From contig JBGAOA010000002.1 in NCBI GenBank assembly GCA_044222065.1, positions 64,001 to 128,000 of the forward strand: a DNA stretch of 64,000 nt. Reading direction: 5' to 3'. Of this stretch, positions 9,671 to 21,723 are shown piece by piece; positions within the stretch are counted from its first letter, which is position 1; every line of letters begins with the position of its first letter. The notes beneath the pieces were generated by a model. It was not told the origin of the DNA. It ran no database searches and worked only from the letters and a program-made list of their open reading frames with translations. The position numbers were made by a program, and so were the translations under genes. The DNA comes from Candidatus Eiseniibacteriota bacterium. GTDB taxonomy: Bacteria > Eisenbacteria > RBG-16-71-46.

Positions 9671-10971
9671 GCGGGGGCGGGCGGCCGCCTGAGGCGCGCG
9701 AGGTGAGGACGCGCGACCTCGTCGCGGACGTGTTCGCGATGTCGTTCCAGTCGCTGCGCGCGCACGGACTGCGTTCGCTGCTGACGACGCTCGGCGTCGT
9801 CATCGGCGTGGCGACGGTGGTCGCGATGGCGAGCATCATCGAGGGCTTCAACCAGACCGTCGAGCGTTCGATCTCGGCCTTCGGCTCCCACACGATCTAC
9901 ATCCGCTCGTTCAAGCCGGGCTTCTTCGTCGGCGGCTTCCCGGACAGCCTTCGCCACCGGAAGGCGTTCACGGAGGGGGACGCGCGGGCGATCCGGGAGC
10001 GTTGCCCGAGCGTCGGAAAGGTGTCGATCATCGGATTCGTCGAGAACGCCGCCGTCTCGCGCGCCGGGCACACGTCCCGCGGGCTGCAGCTCATCGGCGC
10101 CGATCCCGACATCCAGGAGGTCATGCGCTACGACCCCGGGTACGGCCGCTTCTTCACCGAGGAGGAGTTGCGCCGGCGCGCGCAGGTGATCGTCATCGGC
10201 AAGGACATCCGCGAGGGGTTGTTCCCCGAAGGCGGCGACCCGCTCGGCAAGACGATCCACCTGAACGGCCTGCCGTTCCGCGTCGTGGGCGAACTCGAGC
10301 CCAAGGGCCGGAGCCTCTTCGGGAATCCCGACGAGTTCATCACGATCCCCTACACGACGCTTTCGAAGTACTTCCCGCCTCCACCGGACGCGCCGTTCTA
10401 CGTGCCGAAGCGCGGCTACTACTACCTGAACGCCGTGGCGGTGACGCCCGAGCGCACCGCGGCCGCAGTCGACGAGATCCGCGAAGTGTTGCGCGTCCGC
10501 CGCGGACTCCGGCCGCGAGAGTCCGACAATTTCGCCGTCATGACCGAGGACACGCTCGCCGACCTGTACAAGCAGCTCACCGGCGCGACGTACGCGGTCA
10601 TGCTGCTGATTTCGTCCATCGCCCTCGTGGTCGGCGGCATCGGCGTCATGAACATCATGCTCGTGGCGGTGACCGAGCGGACGCGCGAGATCGGGTTGCG
10701 CAAGGCGATCGGCGCGCCACGCGTCACCGTGCTGCTGCAGTTCCTCGTCGAAGCGGCGACGCTCACGGGCATCGGCGGCGTGATCGGTGTCGCACTCGGG
10801 GCGGGCGTGGGGCAGCTCGTGCGCGCCGTGAGTCCGCTCCCCGCGCACACGCCGCTGTGGGCCGTGCTCGTCGCGTTCGTGTTCTCGGTCGCGGTCGGCG
10901 TGTTCTTCGGCTTCTATCCCGCGATGCGCGCCTCCCGGCTCGACCCCGTCGAGGCGCTGCGCTTCGAATGA
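9667..10971 (+). CDS. MacB-type ABC permease 4
   Basis: Lies within ORF 8920-10971. GTG 9667 overlaps the upstream stop (alternative GTG 9703). FtsX/MacB motifs and DPVEALRFE end. Confidence 0.92.
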   Translation: MSGGGRPPEAREVRTRDLVADVFAMSFQSLRAHGLRSLLTTLGVVIGVATVVAMASIIEGFNQTVERSISAFGSHTIYIRSFKPGFFVGGFPDSLRHRKAFTEGDARAIRERCPSVGKVSIIGFVENAAVSRAGHTSRGLQLIGADPDIQEVMRYDPGYGRFFTEEELRRRAQVIVIGKDIREGLFPEGGDPLGKTIHLNGLPFRVVGELEPKGRSLFGNPDEFITIPYTTLSKYFPPPPDAPFYVPKRGYYYLNAVAVTPERTAAAVDEIREVLRVRRGLRPRESDNFAVMTEDTLADLYKQLTGATYAVMLLISSIALVVGGIGVMNIMLVAVTERTREIGLRKAIGAPRVTVLLQFLVEAATLTGIGGVIGVALGAGVGQLVRAVSPLPAHTPLWAVLVAFVFSVAVGVFFGFYPAMRASRLDPVEALRFE

Positions 10972-10995
10972 GCCGCGCCCCGGCGCGCATGCCGA

Positions 10996-11004
10996 TGCTA
11001 TAGT
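10996..11004 (+). promoter_or_regulatory. Extended -10 promoter element of uvrA
   Basis: TGCTATAGT ends 9 nt before the ATG, and no SD is present. Confidence 0.55.
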
Positions 11005-11013
11005 CGCCGCCCC

Positions 11014-13902
<2,889 letters not shown>

Positions 13903-13950
13903 GCGCGTCGCTCGCCGCGGCGTGCGGGAGCGGATGGAGCGCGGCCTTCC

Positions 13951-13959
13951 TGCTATAGT
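13951..13959 (+). promoter_or_regulatory. Extended -10 element upstream of tdh
   Basis: TGCTATAGT(CGC), identical to the element before uvrA. Confidence 0.55.
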
Positions 13960-14082
13960 CGCGCCGTCGTTCGTTCCCAATCACCTTCGCGCCTCGCGCG
14001 CGACTTCATAGGGATGCGTGCCATGACGCCTACGACGCCTGCGGTCACGGAGCAGCCCCGGACGTTCACTCGAACGTCCACG

Positions 14083-15126
14083 ATGAAGGCGGTCGTCAAG
14101 ACGACCGCCGGCCCCGGTCTCGAGATTCGCGACGTCCCGGTCCCCACGGTGGGGCCGGGACAAATTCTTTTGCGCGTGCTGCGCGCCGGGGTGTGCGGCA
14201 CGGACCTTCACATCTTCGAGTGGGACCAGTGGTCGCAGAGTCGCATCAAGCCGCCGGTCACCGTGGGACACGAATTCGTCGGAGAGATCGTCGAGATCGG
14301 CGCGAGCGTGACCGAGTTCAAGCTCGGCGAGCGCGTCTCGTGCGAGAGCCACATCGTGTGCGAGCACTGCATCGCGTGCCGCACCGGCAACGGCCACGTG
14401 TGCGAGAACACGAAGATCCTCGGCGTGGACGTGAACGGCGGCTGGGCCGAGTACGTCGCGGTGCCCGCGGCGAACGCGTGGCGCGCGCCGACGAACATCC
14501 CGATCGAAGTGCAGGGCATCATGGAGCCGCTCGGCAACGCGGTGCACACGGCGTTCGCGGGCGATCTGAGCGCGTGCCGCATCGCGGTCACGGGCTGCGG
14601 CCCGATCGGCCTGTTCGCCGTCGGCGTCGCGAAGGCGGCCGGCGCGGCTCAGGTCATCGCGAGCGACGTGTCGTCCTACCGGCTCGACCTCGCGAAGAAG
14701 ATGAACGCCGACGCCGTGATCGATCCGTCGAAGGAGAATTTCGTCGAGCGCGTGCGCGATCTGACGCAGGGCCGCATGCTCGACGGCGTGCTCGAGATGT
14801 CGGGCAACCCGGTCGCGATCCGCGACGGGCTCGCGGGGCTGCGCATGGGTGGGCGGCTGTCGCTGCTCGGACTCCCGCGCGAGCAGTTCGGGCTCGACTG
14901 GAACAAGCTGCTCATCTTCAAGGGCATCACGCTGCACGGCATCATCGGCCGCCGCATGTACCAGACGTGGTACCAGATGGACGGTCTGCTGCGCTCCGGC
15001 CGGCTCGACCTGAAGCCCGCGATCACGCACGTCATGCCGATGGAGAAGGTCGTGGACGCGATCGGGCTCCTGCGTTCCGGGCAGGCGGGCAAGGTCGTGC
15101 TCGTGCCGTGGGGGCAGAGCGCATGA
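14083..15126 (+). CDS. tdh: L-threonine 3-dehydrogenase
   Basis: Zn-ADH motifs CGTDLHI and GHEFVG, structural-Zn Cys cluster, GCGPIG and IIGRRMYQTW; next to kbl. The start may be 14014 or 14023. Confidence 0.93.
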   Translation: MKAVVKTTAGPGLEIRDVPVPTVGPGQILLRVLRAGVCGTDLHIFEWDQWSQSRIKPPVTVGHEFVGEIVEIGASVTEFKLGERVSCESHIVCEHCIACRTGNGHVCENTKILGVDVNGGWAEYVAVPAANAWRAPTNIPIEVQGIMEPLGNAVHTAFAGDLSACRIAVTGCGPIGLFAVGVAKAAGAAQVIASDVSSYRLDLAKKMNADAVIDPSKENFVERVRDLTQGRMLDGVLEMSGNPVAIRDGLAGLRMGGRLSLLGLPREQFGLDWNKLLIFKGITLHGIIGRRMYQTWYQMDGLLRSGRLDLKPAITHVMPMEKVVDAIGLLRSGQAGKVVLVPWGQSA

Positions 15127-15563
15127 ACGCGCGCGGCTGGGCGCTCGCGCTCGGCCTCGCGACGCTCGCGGGCTGCTCGGCGCCGTTCAAGGGCATGCCA
15201 CCGGCGCGGACGGCGGGGTCGGAGTTCGCGCGACCGACGGCTGGCTGTCCCGAGTCGACTCACGTCGCGCGAACCGATTCGCTGCTCGCGACCGCTCCGC
15301 TCGAAGAACCGGTGGTGCGGACGAAGGTGGATCCCGTGTACCCGAACATCGCGCGGGAAGCGGGAGTCGAGGGAGTCGTCGTCGTGCGCGCGCTCGTGTG
15401 CGAGCACGGGCGTGTCATCGAGACCCGGGTGCTGCGAGGTCCGCCGATGCTGAAGGACAACGCCGAGTCGGCCGTGAAGCTCTGGCGTTTCGACCCCGCC
15501 CGCTCGAACGACGCTCCGATCCCCGCATGGACCGAAGTGGAAGTGCCCTTCACGCTCCATTGA
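15123..15563 (+). CDS. Lipoprotein with TonB C-terminal domain
   Basis: [18 protein letters not shown] lipobox followed by a TonB-C domain ([14 protein letters not shown]...VPFTLH). The start overlaps the tdh stop. Confidence 0.8.
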   Translation: MNARGWALALGLATLAGCSAPFKGMPPARTAGSEFARPTAGCPESTHVARTDSLLATAPLEEPVVRTKVDPVYPNIAREAGVEGVVVVRALVCEHGRVIETRVLRGPPMLKDNAESAVKLWRFDPARSNDAPIPAWTEVEVPFTLH

Positions 15564-15579
15564 GCGAAGGATCCGACGC

Positions 15580-16788
15580 ATGTACGAAACGCTGAAGCCT
15601 CAGCTCGAGAAGGAACTCCAGGCGATCAAGGACGCGGGACTGTGGAAGGACGAGCGCGTGCTCGCCTCGCCGCAGGGGCCCGAGGTGACGCTCGCCGACG
15701 GACGCAAGGTGCTCGTGTTCTGCGCCAACAACTACCTCGGGCTCTCGAGCGACGCGCGCGTGATCGCCGCGGCGCACGCCGCAATCGACAGCCACGGCTA
15801 CGGCCTCTCGTCCGTGCGCTTCATCTGCGGCACGCAGGACGCGCACAAGACGCTCGAGCGGAAGATCTCGGCATTCCTCGGAACCGAGGACACGATCCTG
15901 TACGCGGCGTGCTTCGACGCGAACGGCGGCGTGTTCGAGCCGCTGCTCGGCGAGGAAGACGCGATCATTTCGGACTCGCTGAACCACGCCTCGATCATCG
16001 ACGGCGTGCGGCTCTGCAAGGCACAGCGCTGGCGCTACGCGGCGAACGACATGGTGGACCTCGAGCGCTGTCTCGAGGAGGCGGTCGCGAAGGGCACGCG
16101 TCACCGCCTGATCGCGACCGACGGCGTCTTCTCGATGGACGGCACGATCGCGAACCTGAAGGCGATCTGCGACCTCGCCGACGAGTACAGGGCGCTCGTC
16201 ATGGTGGACGAGTGCCACGCGATGGGGTTCCTCGGGAAGACCGGCCGCGGTACGCCCGAGATGACGGGCACGGCGGGCCGCATCGACATCGTCACGGGCA
16301 CGCTCGGCAAGGCGCTCGGCGGCGCGCTCGGCGGCTTCACGAGCGGGCGCAAGGAGATCATCCAGCTGCTGCGGCAGCGCTCGCGGCCGTACCTGTTCTC
16401 GAACACGCTGCCGCCGTCGGTCGTCGGCGCGTCGATCGCCGTGTTCGACCTGTTGTCGAGCACGACGGAGCTGCGCGACCGGCTCGAGGCGAACACGCGC
16501 TGGTTCCGCGACGCGATGACCGCGGCGGGCTTCGAGATCAAGCCCGGCGTGCACCCGATCGTCCCGATCATGCTGTACGACGAGAAGCTCGCGCACGACA
16601 TGGCGCGCCGCCTGCTCGACGAGGGCATCTACGTGATCGGATTCTCTTTCCCGGTGGTGCCGAAGGGACAGGCGCGCATCCGCGTTCAGATCTCGGCGGC
16701 GCACGAGCGCGCGCACCTCGAGCGCGCGGTGCGGGCGTTCACGCGCGTGGGGCAGGAGCTCGGCGTGCTGAAGGGGGCCGCGCGCTGA
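15580..16788 (+). CDS. kbl: Glycine C-acetyltransferase (2-amino-3-ketobutyrate CoA ligase)
   Basis: [35 protein letters not shown] (PLP Lys) and [11 protein letters not shown]. Confidence 0.96.
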   Translation: MYETLKPQLEKELQAIKDAGLWKDERVLASPQGPEVTLADGRKVLVFCANNYLGLSSDARVIAAAHAAIDSHGYGLSSVRFICGTQDAHKTLERKISAFLGTEDTILYAACFDANGGVFEPLLGEEDAIISDSLNHASIIDGVRLCKAQRWRYAANDMVDLERCLEEAVAKGTRHRLIATDGVFSMDGTIANLKAICDLADEYRALVMVDECHAMGFLGKTGRGTPEMTGTAGRIDIVTGTLGKALGGALGGFTSGRKEIIQLLRQRSRPYLFSNTLPPSVVGASIAVFDLLSSTTELRDRLEANTRWFRDAMTAAGFEIKPGVHPIVPIMLYDEKLAHDMARRLLDEGIYVIGFSFPVVPKGQARIRVQISAAHERAHLERAVRAFTRVGQELGVLKGAAR

Positions 16789-16858
16789 CCGCCGTCGTCG
16801 CGCCGCGCCCGGGCTCGAGCGCGACGCGCACTTCGAGTGTTTTGCGAGCCGCCAACGC

Positions 16859-16888
16859 TTGACCCCTTTCGAGCACGTCGGATACCTT
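16859..16888 (+). promoter_or_regulatory. Putative sigma70 promoter of gcv genes
   Basis: TTGACC-N18-TACCTT, 30 bp before TTG 16919. Confidence 0.45.
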
Positions 16889-16918
16889 GCGAGCGAAACT
16901 GCTCAGGGAGAGAGACCC

Positions 16919-18025
16919 TTGTCACCCGCTTCCACCGTCAAGAAGACGCCGTTCCACGAGTTCCACGCCGCCCTCGGCGGCAAGCTCGTGGACTTCGCCG
17001 GTTTCGAGATGCCCGTCCGCTATTCGGGGGACGTGCGCGAGCACCAGGCGGTACGCAACGCCGCCGGGCTGTTCGACATCTCCCACATGGGCGAGTTCAT
17101 CGTCCGGGGCGAGGGGGCGCTCGCGTTCCTCAACCGCGCCGTGACGAACGACGTCGGGGGACTGGCGGTCGGCCAGGCGCTCTACTCGCCGATGTGCCGG
17201 CCCGACGGCGGCATCGTGGACGACCTGCTCGTCTATCGCGCGGCCGACCGCTACATGGTGGTCGTGAACGCGAGCAACATCGCGAAGGACTTCGAGTGGC
17301 TGTCGTCGCTCAAACCCGCCGACGCGACGCTCGAGAACCACTCCGACCGCACCGCGCTGCTCGCCGTGCAGGGCCCGCGCGCGGCCGACGTCGTGCGCGC
17401 CGGAGTTCCGGCCGCGGCGCTCGACCTCGGCTACTACCGCTTCGTCGAGGGTGACATCTTCGGCGCCCCCGGCATCGTCTCGCGCACGGGGTACACGGGC
17501 GAGGACGGTTTCGAGCTGTACTTCGACGTCGCGCACGCGTCCGCCGTGTGGCGCGCGCTGTGGGACGCCGGGAAGCCGTACGGGCTCGAGCCGATCGGGC
17601 TCGGCGCGCGCGACACGCTGCGCCTCGAGATGGCGTACATGCTCTACGGCAACGACATCACGGACACGACGAGCCCGCTCGAGGCGGGACTCGGCTGGAC
17701 CGTGAAGCTGAAGAAGCCCGATTTCGTCGGGCGTGACGTGCTCGTGCGGCAGAAGGAGCAGGGACTCGCGCGCAAGCTCGTCGGCATCGAGCTGGACGGC
17801 CGCCGCGTGCCGCGTCACGGCATGCCGATCGAGACGGGCGGCCGCGTGATCGGCGAGGTGACGAGCGGCACGTTCGCGCCGAGCCTCGAGAAGCCGATCG
17901 GCATGGGGTACGTCACGTCCGAACATTCCGCGATCGGAACGGCGCTCGAGGTGCGCGCCGGTTCGACCGTGCTGCCGGCGCGCGTCGTCGCCCGGCCCTT
18001 CTACACGCGCGGCTCGCATCGCTGA
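16919..18025 (+). CDS. gcvT: Glycine cleavage system aminomethyltransferase T
   Basis: KTPFHEFH, FDISHMGE, SRTGYTGEDGFE and GLGARDTLRLE. TTG 16919 follows a GGGAGAG RBS. Confidence 0.96.
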   Translation: MSPASTVKKTPFHEFHAALGGKLVDFAGFEMPVRYSGDVREHQAVRNAAGLFDISHMGEFIVRGEGALAFLNRAVTNDVGGLAVGQALYSPMCRPDGGIVDDLLVYRAADRYMVVVNASNIAKDFEWLSSLKPADATLENHSDRTALLAVQGPRAADVVRAGVPAAALDLGYYRFVEGDIFGAPGIVSRTGYTGEDGFELYFDVAHASAVWRALWDAGKPYGLEPIGLGARDTLRLEMAYMLYGNDITDTTSPLEAGLGWTVKLKKPDFVGRDVLVRQKEQGLARKLVGIELDGRRVPRHGMPIETGGRVIGEVTSGTFAPSLEKPIGMGYVTSEHSAIGTALEVRAGSTVLPARVVARPFYTRGSHR

Positions 18026-18045
18026 GCCCTGAGGGGGAGGCTGCT

Positions 18046-18435
18046 TTGGGTTATCCGGAAGACGTCCGCTACACCCGCGATCACGAGTGGGCCCGGCTCG
18101 AGAACGGGGTCGTCACGGTGGGGATCACGAACTACGCGACCGACCAGCTCGGAGACGTCGTGTTCGTGGAACTGCCCGAAGTCGGTCGGGCGCTCGAGGC
18201 CGGCAAGGCGTTCGGCGTCGTCGAGGCCGTGAAGACGGTGAGCGATCTCTACGCGCCGCTCGCGGGCGAGGTCGTCGAGGTGAACGGGGCGCTGACCGAC
18301 AATCCGGCGACCGTGAACGGCGATCCGTACGGGGACGGCTGGATGATCCGGATCCGCGTGAAGGATGCGGGCGAGTACCAGAAGCTGCTCTCGAGCGCGG
18401 ACTACGAGAAGCACCTCGAGGAAGAGCACGCATGA
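18046..18435 (+). CDS. gcvH: Glycine cleavage system H protein
   Basis: YTRDHEW, VEAVKTVSD (lipoyl Lys) and NGDPYGDGW; GGGGAGG RBS. Confidence 0.97.
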   Translation: MGYPEDVRYTRDHEWARLENGVVTVGITNYATDQLGDVVFVELPEVGRALEAGKAFGVVEAVKTVSDLYAPLAGEVVEVNGALTDNPATVNGDPYGDGWMIRIRVKDAGEYQKLLSSADYEKHLEEEHA

Positions 18436-19772
18436 GCCAGATCGGTCTCTCGCCGTCCGAAGAGCGGCGGATGCTGGAGACGATCGGGGTGGACTCGTTC
18501 GAGCGGCTGATCGACGCGATTCCCGCCGCCGTGCGGCTGCAGAAGCCGCTCCCGATCGCCGGGCCCCTGTCCGAGATCGAGCTCCGGCGCCGCTTCGGCG
18601 CGTGGGCGAACGAGAACGCGGCCGCGAACGCCGTCTCGTTCATGGGCGGCGGTCTGTACGACCACTTCATTCCCGCGGCGCTGAACGCGGTCGCGTCGCG
18701 TTCGGAATTCGTCACCGCCTACACGCCGTACCAGCCGGAAGTCGCGCAGGGCACGCTCACCGCGATCTTCGAGTTCCAGAGCATGATCTGCGAGCTCACG
18801 GGGCTCGACGTCGCGAACGCGTCGCTGTACGACGGCGCCACGGCGGCGGTCGAAGGCGTGCTGCTCGCCCGCGCGCAGACCGGCCGCACGAAGGTCGTCG
18901 TCGCGGGCGCCGTGCACCCGCACGTCGTCGGCGTGCTTCGCACCTACCTCGGCGACGAGCACGTCGCCGTCGTCGCGGACCGCGGCGGACAGTGCGCACC
19001 CGAGGACCTGCAGTCGGCGCTGTCGAAGGACGTTGCCGCCGTGCTCTACCAGCACCCGAACTTCTTCGGCCTGCTCGAATCGCCCGCCGCGCTGCACGCG
19101 CTCGCGCACGAGTGCGGCGCGCTCGCGATCGCCTCGTGCGATCCGATCGCGCTCGCGCTGCTCGAGCCGCCGGGGCACTCGGGGGCCGACATCGTCGTGG
19201 GCGAGGGGCAGTCGCTCGGCAATCCGATCGGATTCGGCGGACCGTCGCTCGGCTTCTTCGCGTGCAAGAGCGCGCTCGTCCGGCGCATGCCGGGCCGCAT
19301 CGTCGCCGAGACCGTCGATCGCGACGGCGAACGGGGCTTCGTGCTCACGCTGCAGACGCGGGAGCAGCACATCCGGCGCGAGAAGGCGACGTCGAACATC
19401 TGCACGAACCAGGGGCTGCTCGCGCTCCGCTCGACGGTCTTCATGGGGCTCCTCGGGCGGCAGGGCATGCGCGAACTCGCCGAGCTGTGCGTCCAGAAGT
19501 CGCATCACGCCGCGACGCTCGCGGCGCGAATCCCGGGATACCGGCTCGTTCACGGCGGCCCGTTCTTCCGCGAGTTCGTGCTCGAGTGCCCGGTCGAGGC
19601 GTGGACCGTCGCGCGCGAAGCGCTCGCCGACGGCATCCTGGCCGGGGTGTACCTCGGCCGCTTCCGGCCGGAATGGAAGCGCTGGCTGCTCGTCGCCGTG
19701 ACCGAACAGCGCAGCATCGAAGAGATCGAGCGCTGGGCCGCGGCCCTGCGCCGCGCGGGAGGCGGACGATGA
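18432..19772 (+). CDS. gcvPA: Glycine dehydrogenase subunit 1
   Basis: TAYTPYQPEVAQG, NASLYDGA and TREQHIRREKATSNICTNQ. ATG 18432 overlaps the gcvH stop. Confidence 0.96.
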   Translation: MSQIGLSPSEERRMLETIGVDSFERLIDAIPAAVRLQKPLPIAGPLSEIELRRRFGAWANENAAANAVSFMGGGLYDHFIPAALNAVASRSEFVTAYTPYQPEVAQGTLTAIFEFQSMICELTGLDVANASLYDGATAAVEGVLLARAQTGRTKVVVAGAVHPHVVGVLRTYLGDEHVAVVADRGGQCAPEDLQSALSKDVAAVLYQHPNFFGLLESPAALHALAHECGALAIASCDPIALALLEPPGHSGADIVVGEGQSLGNPIGFGGPSLGFFACKSALVRRMPGRIVAETVDRDGERGFVLTLQTREQHIRREKATSNICTNQGLLALRSTVFMGLLGRQGMRELAELCVQKSHHAATLAARIPGYRLVHGGPFFREFVLECPVEAWTVAREALADGILAGVYLGRFRPEWKRWLLVAVTEQRSIEEIERWAAALRRAGGGR

Positions 19773-21274
19773 AGCTCGAACGCCGGCTGCTGATCGAACA
19801 GGGCGGCGAGGGCCACCGCGGTCCCGAACTGCCGCCGTGCGACGTGCCGCAGCGCCCGCTCGCGGAACTGCTGCCGGGCGCGAAGCTGCGCGAGTCGCTC
19901 GCGTTCCCCGAGGTGAGCGAGCCCGAGGTCGTGCGCCACTTCCTCGAGCTTTCGACGTTGAATCACCACGTGGACAAGGGCTTCTACCCGCTCGGCTCGT
20001 GCACGATGAAGCACAATCCGAAGATCAACGACGAGATCGCATCGCTGCCCGGGTTCGCGCTTGCGCACCCGCTCGCGAGTGACGACGTGAGCCAGGGCGC
20101 GCTGCGCGTGATCTGGGAGCTGCAGAACGCGCTCGCCGCGATCACCGGTTTCGCCGCCGTGACGGCGCAGCCCGCCGCGGGCGCGCACGGCGAGATGACG
20201 GGGCTCATGCTGATCCGCGCGTGGCACCGCTCGCGCGGCGAGGGGGAGAAGCGCCGCCGCGTGCTCGTGCCCGATTCGGCGCACGGCACGAACCCGGCGA
20301 GCGTGAACCTGCTCGGCTGGGAGACGCAGACGGTCGCTTCCGACGAGCACGGCCACGTGAACCTGGACGCGCTCGAGCGTGCGCTCGACGACACGGTCGC
20401 CGCCGTCATGTTCACGGTGCCGAACACGCTCGGCGTGTTCGAGCGCGAGATCGTGGACGTGACCCGGCTCGCGCACGCGGCCGGCGCGCAGTGCTACATG
20501 GACGGCGCGAACCTGAACGCGCTCGTCGGCCTGCTGCGGCCGGGCGACCTCGGCTTCGACGTCATGCACATCAACGTGCACAAGACGTTCTCGACTCCGC
20601 ACGGCGGCGGCGGGCCCGGCGCCGGACCGGTCGCGGTCGCGAAGCACCTCGAGCCGTTCCTGCCGATCCCGGTCGTCGAGGAGTCCGGCGGTCTGCTGCG
20701 CCGCGTCTGGGACCGCGAGCGTTCGATCGGACGCGTGCACGGATGGCACGGCAACTTCGGCATCCTCGTGCGCGCGCTCGCCTACATCCTGTCGAACGGC
20801 GCGCCGGGGCTCGCGAACGTGAGCCGCACGGCGATCCTGAACGCGAACTACCTCATGCGGCGCCTCGCCGGGACTTACGAACTCCCGCACGCCGAACACT
20901 GCATGCACGAGTGCGTGCTGTCCGGGCGGCCGCTCAAGAAGCACGGCATCAAGACGCTCGACGTGGCGAAGCGGCTGCTCGACTTCGGCGTCCACGCGCC
21001 GACGGTGTACTTCCCGCTCATCGTGGAAGAGGCGCTCATGATCGAGCCGACCGAGACGGAGACGCTGGATCGGCTGGACCACTTCGCCGAGACGATGGAG
21101 CAGATCGCGCGCGAGGCCGCCGAGAATCCCCAGCTCCTCAAGGACGCGCCGCACACGACGCCGAACCGCCGGCTCGACGAGGGCCGCGCGGCGCGCGAGC
21201 TCAAGCTCCGCTGGAGCGCGGACGCCGCGCGCCCGAGCGGCAGCGCCGCGAACGCGGAACCGACGCTGAAGTGA
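19769..21274 (+). CDS. gcvPB: Glycine dehydrogenase subunit 2
   Basis: YPLGSCTMKHNP, QPAAGAHGE, SAHGTNPAS, HINVHKTFSTPHGGGGPG and EPTETE. Confidence 0.96.
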   Translation: MKLERRLLIEQGGEGHRGPELPPCDVPQRPLAELLPGAKLRESLAFPEVSEPEVVRHFLELSTLNHHVDKGFYPLGSCTMKHNPKINDEIASLPGFALAHPLASDDVSQGALRVIWELQNALAAITGFAAVTAQPAAGAHGEMTGLMLIRAWHRSRGEGEKRRRVLVPDSAHGTNPASVNLLGWETQTVASDEHGHVNLDALERALDDTVAAVMFTVPNTLGVFEREIVDVTRLAHAAGAQCYMDGANLNALVGLLRPGDLGFDVMHINVHKTFSTPHGGGGPGAGPVAVAKHLEPFLPIPVVEESGGLLRRVWDRERSIGRVHGWHGNFGILVRALAYILSNGAPGLANVSRTAILNANYLMRRLAGTYELPHAEHCMHECVLSGRPLKKHGIKTLDVAKRLLDFGVHAPTVYFPLIVEEALMIEPTETETLDRLDHFAETMEQIAREAAENPQLLKDAPHTTPNRRLDEGRAARELKLRWSADAARPSGSAANAEPTLK

Positions 21275-21723
21275 AGGGCCCGGAAGTGGACGCCGGCGCA
21301 ACCGGGGCCGACGCCGCTCTCGAGTGGCGCGTCGTGCCGTGGCGCGAGCGCCCCGCGCGCGCCGCCGTCGGCGTGCTGCTCGCGGCCGGGTTGTGCGCGG
21401 CGGTCGCGTCGCAGCGGCTCGGATTCGTGCCGACGCTCGCGCTCTCCGTCGCGTCGGTCGCCGCCGTCGCGCCGCTGTTCGCTTCCGCGCGCTGCCGGAT
21501 CGACGGCGACGGGCCGGGCCGGCGCGGCGCGCTCGGCTGGGAGCGGCGCCGGTGGACGGACGTGCGCCGCGCGCGGCTCACCGCGCGCGCGCTCGTGCTC
21601 TCGCCCTACGCGCGCCCCCACTGGCTCGACGCCTACCGCGCGCTCGTGCTGCCGCTGCCCGCCGGCGCCGACGCGGGCTGGCGCGACCGGCTGCGCGCGA
21701 CGCTGGAGCGACATGGCCTCTGA
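21271..21723 (+). CDS. Hypothetical membrane protein (2 TM plus possible PH-like domain)
   Basis: GTG overlaps the gcvPB stop. Two hydrophobic helices are followed by a beta-rich segment (RRRWTDVRRA...VLSPY). Confidence 0.7.
   Translation: MKGPEVDAGATGADAALEWRVVPWRERPARAAVGVLLAAGLCAAVASQRLGFVPTLALSVASVAAVAPLFASARCRIDGDGPGRRGALGWERRRWTDVRRARLTARALVLSPYARPHWLDAYRALVLPLPAGADAGWRDRLRATLERHGL

Noticed and set aside
16789..16918. Glycine riboswitch upstream of gcvT (AAACTGCTCAGG resembles the aptamer 3' motif)
   Set aside because: The GGAGA...CCGAAG core is not in the right order, and the space after the putative promoter is too short for an aptamer.
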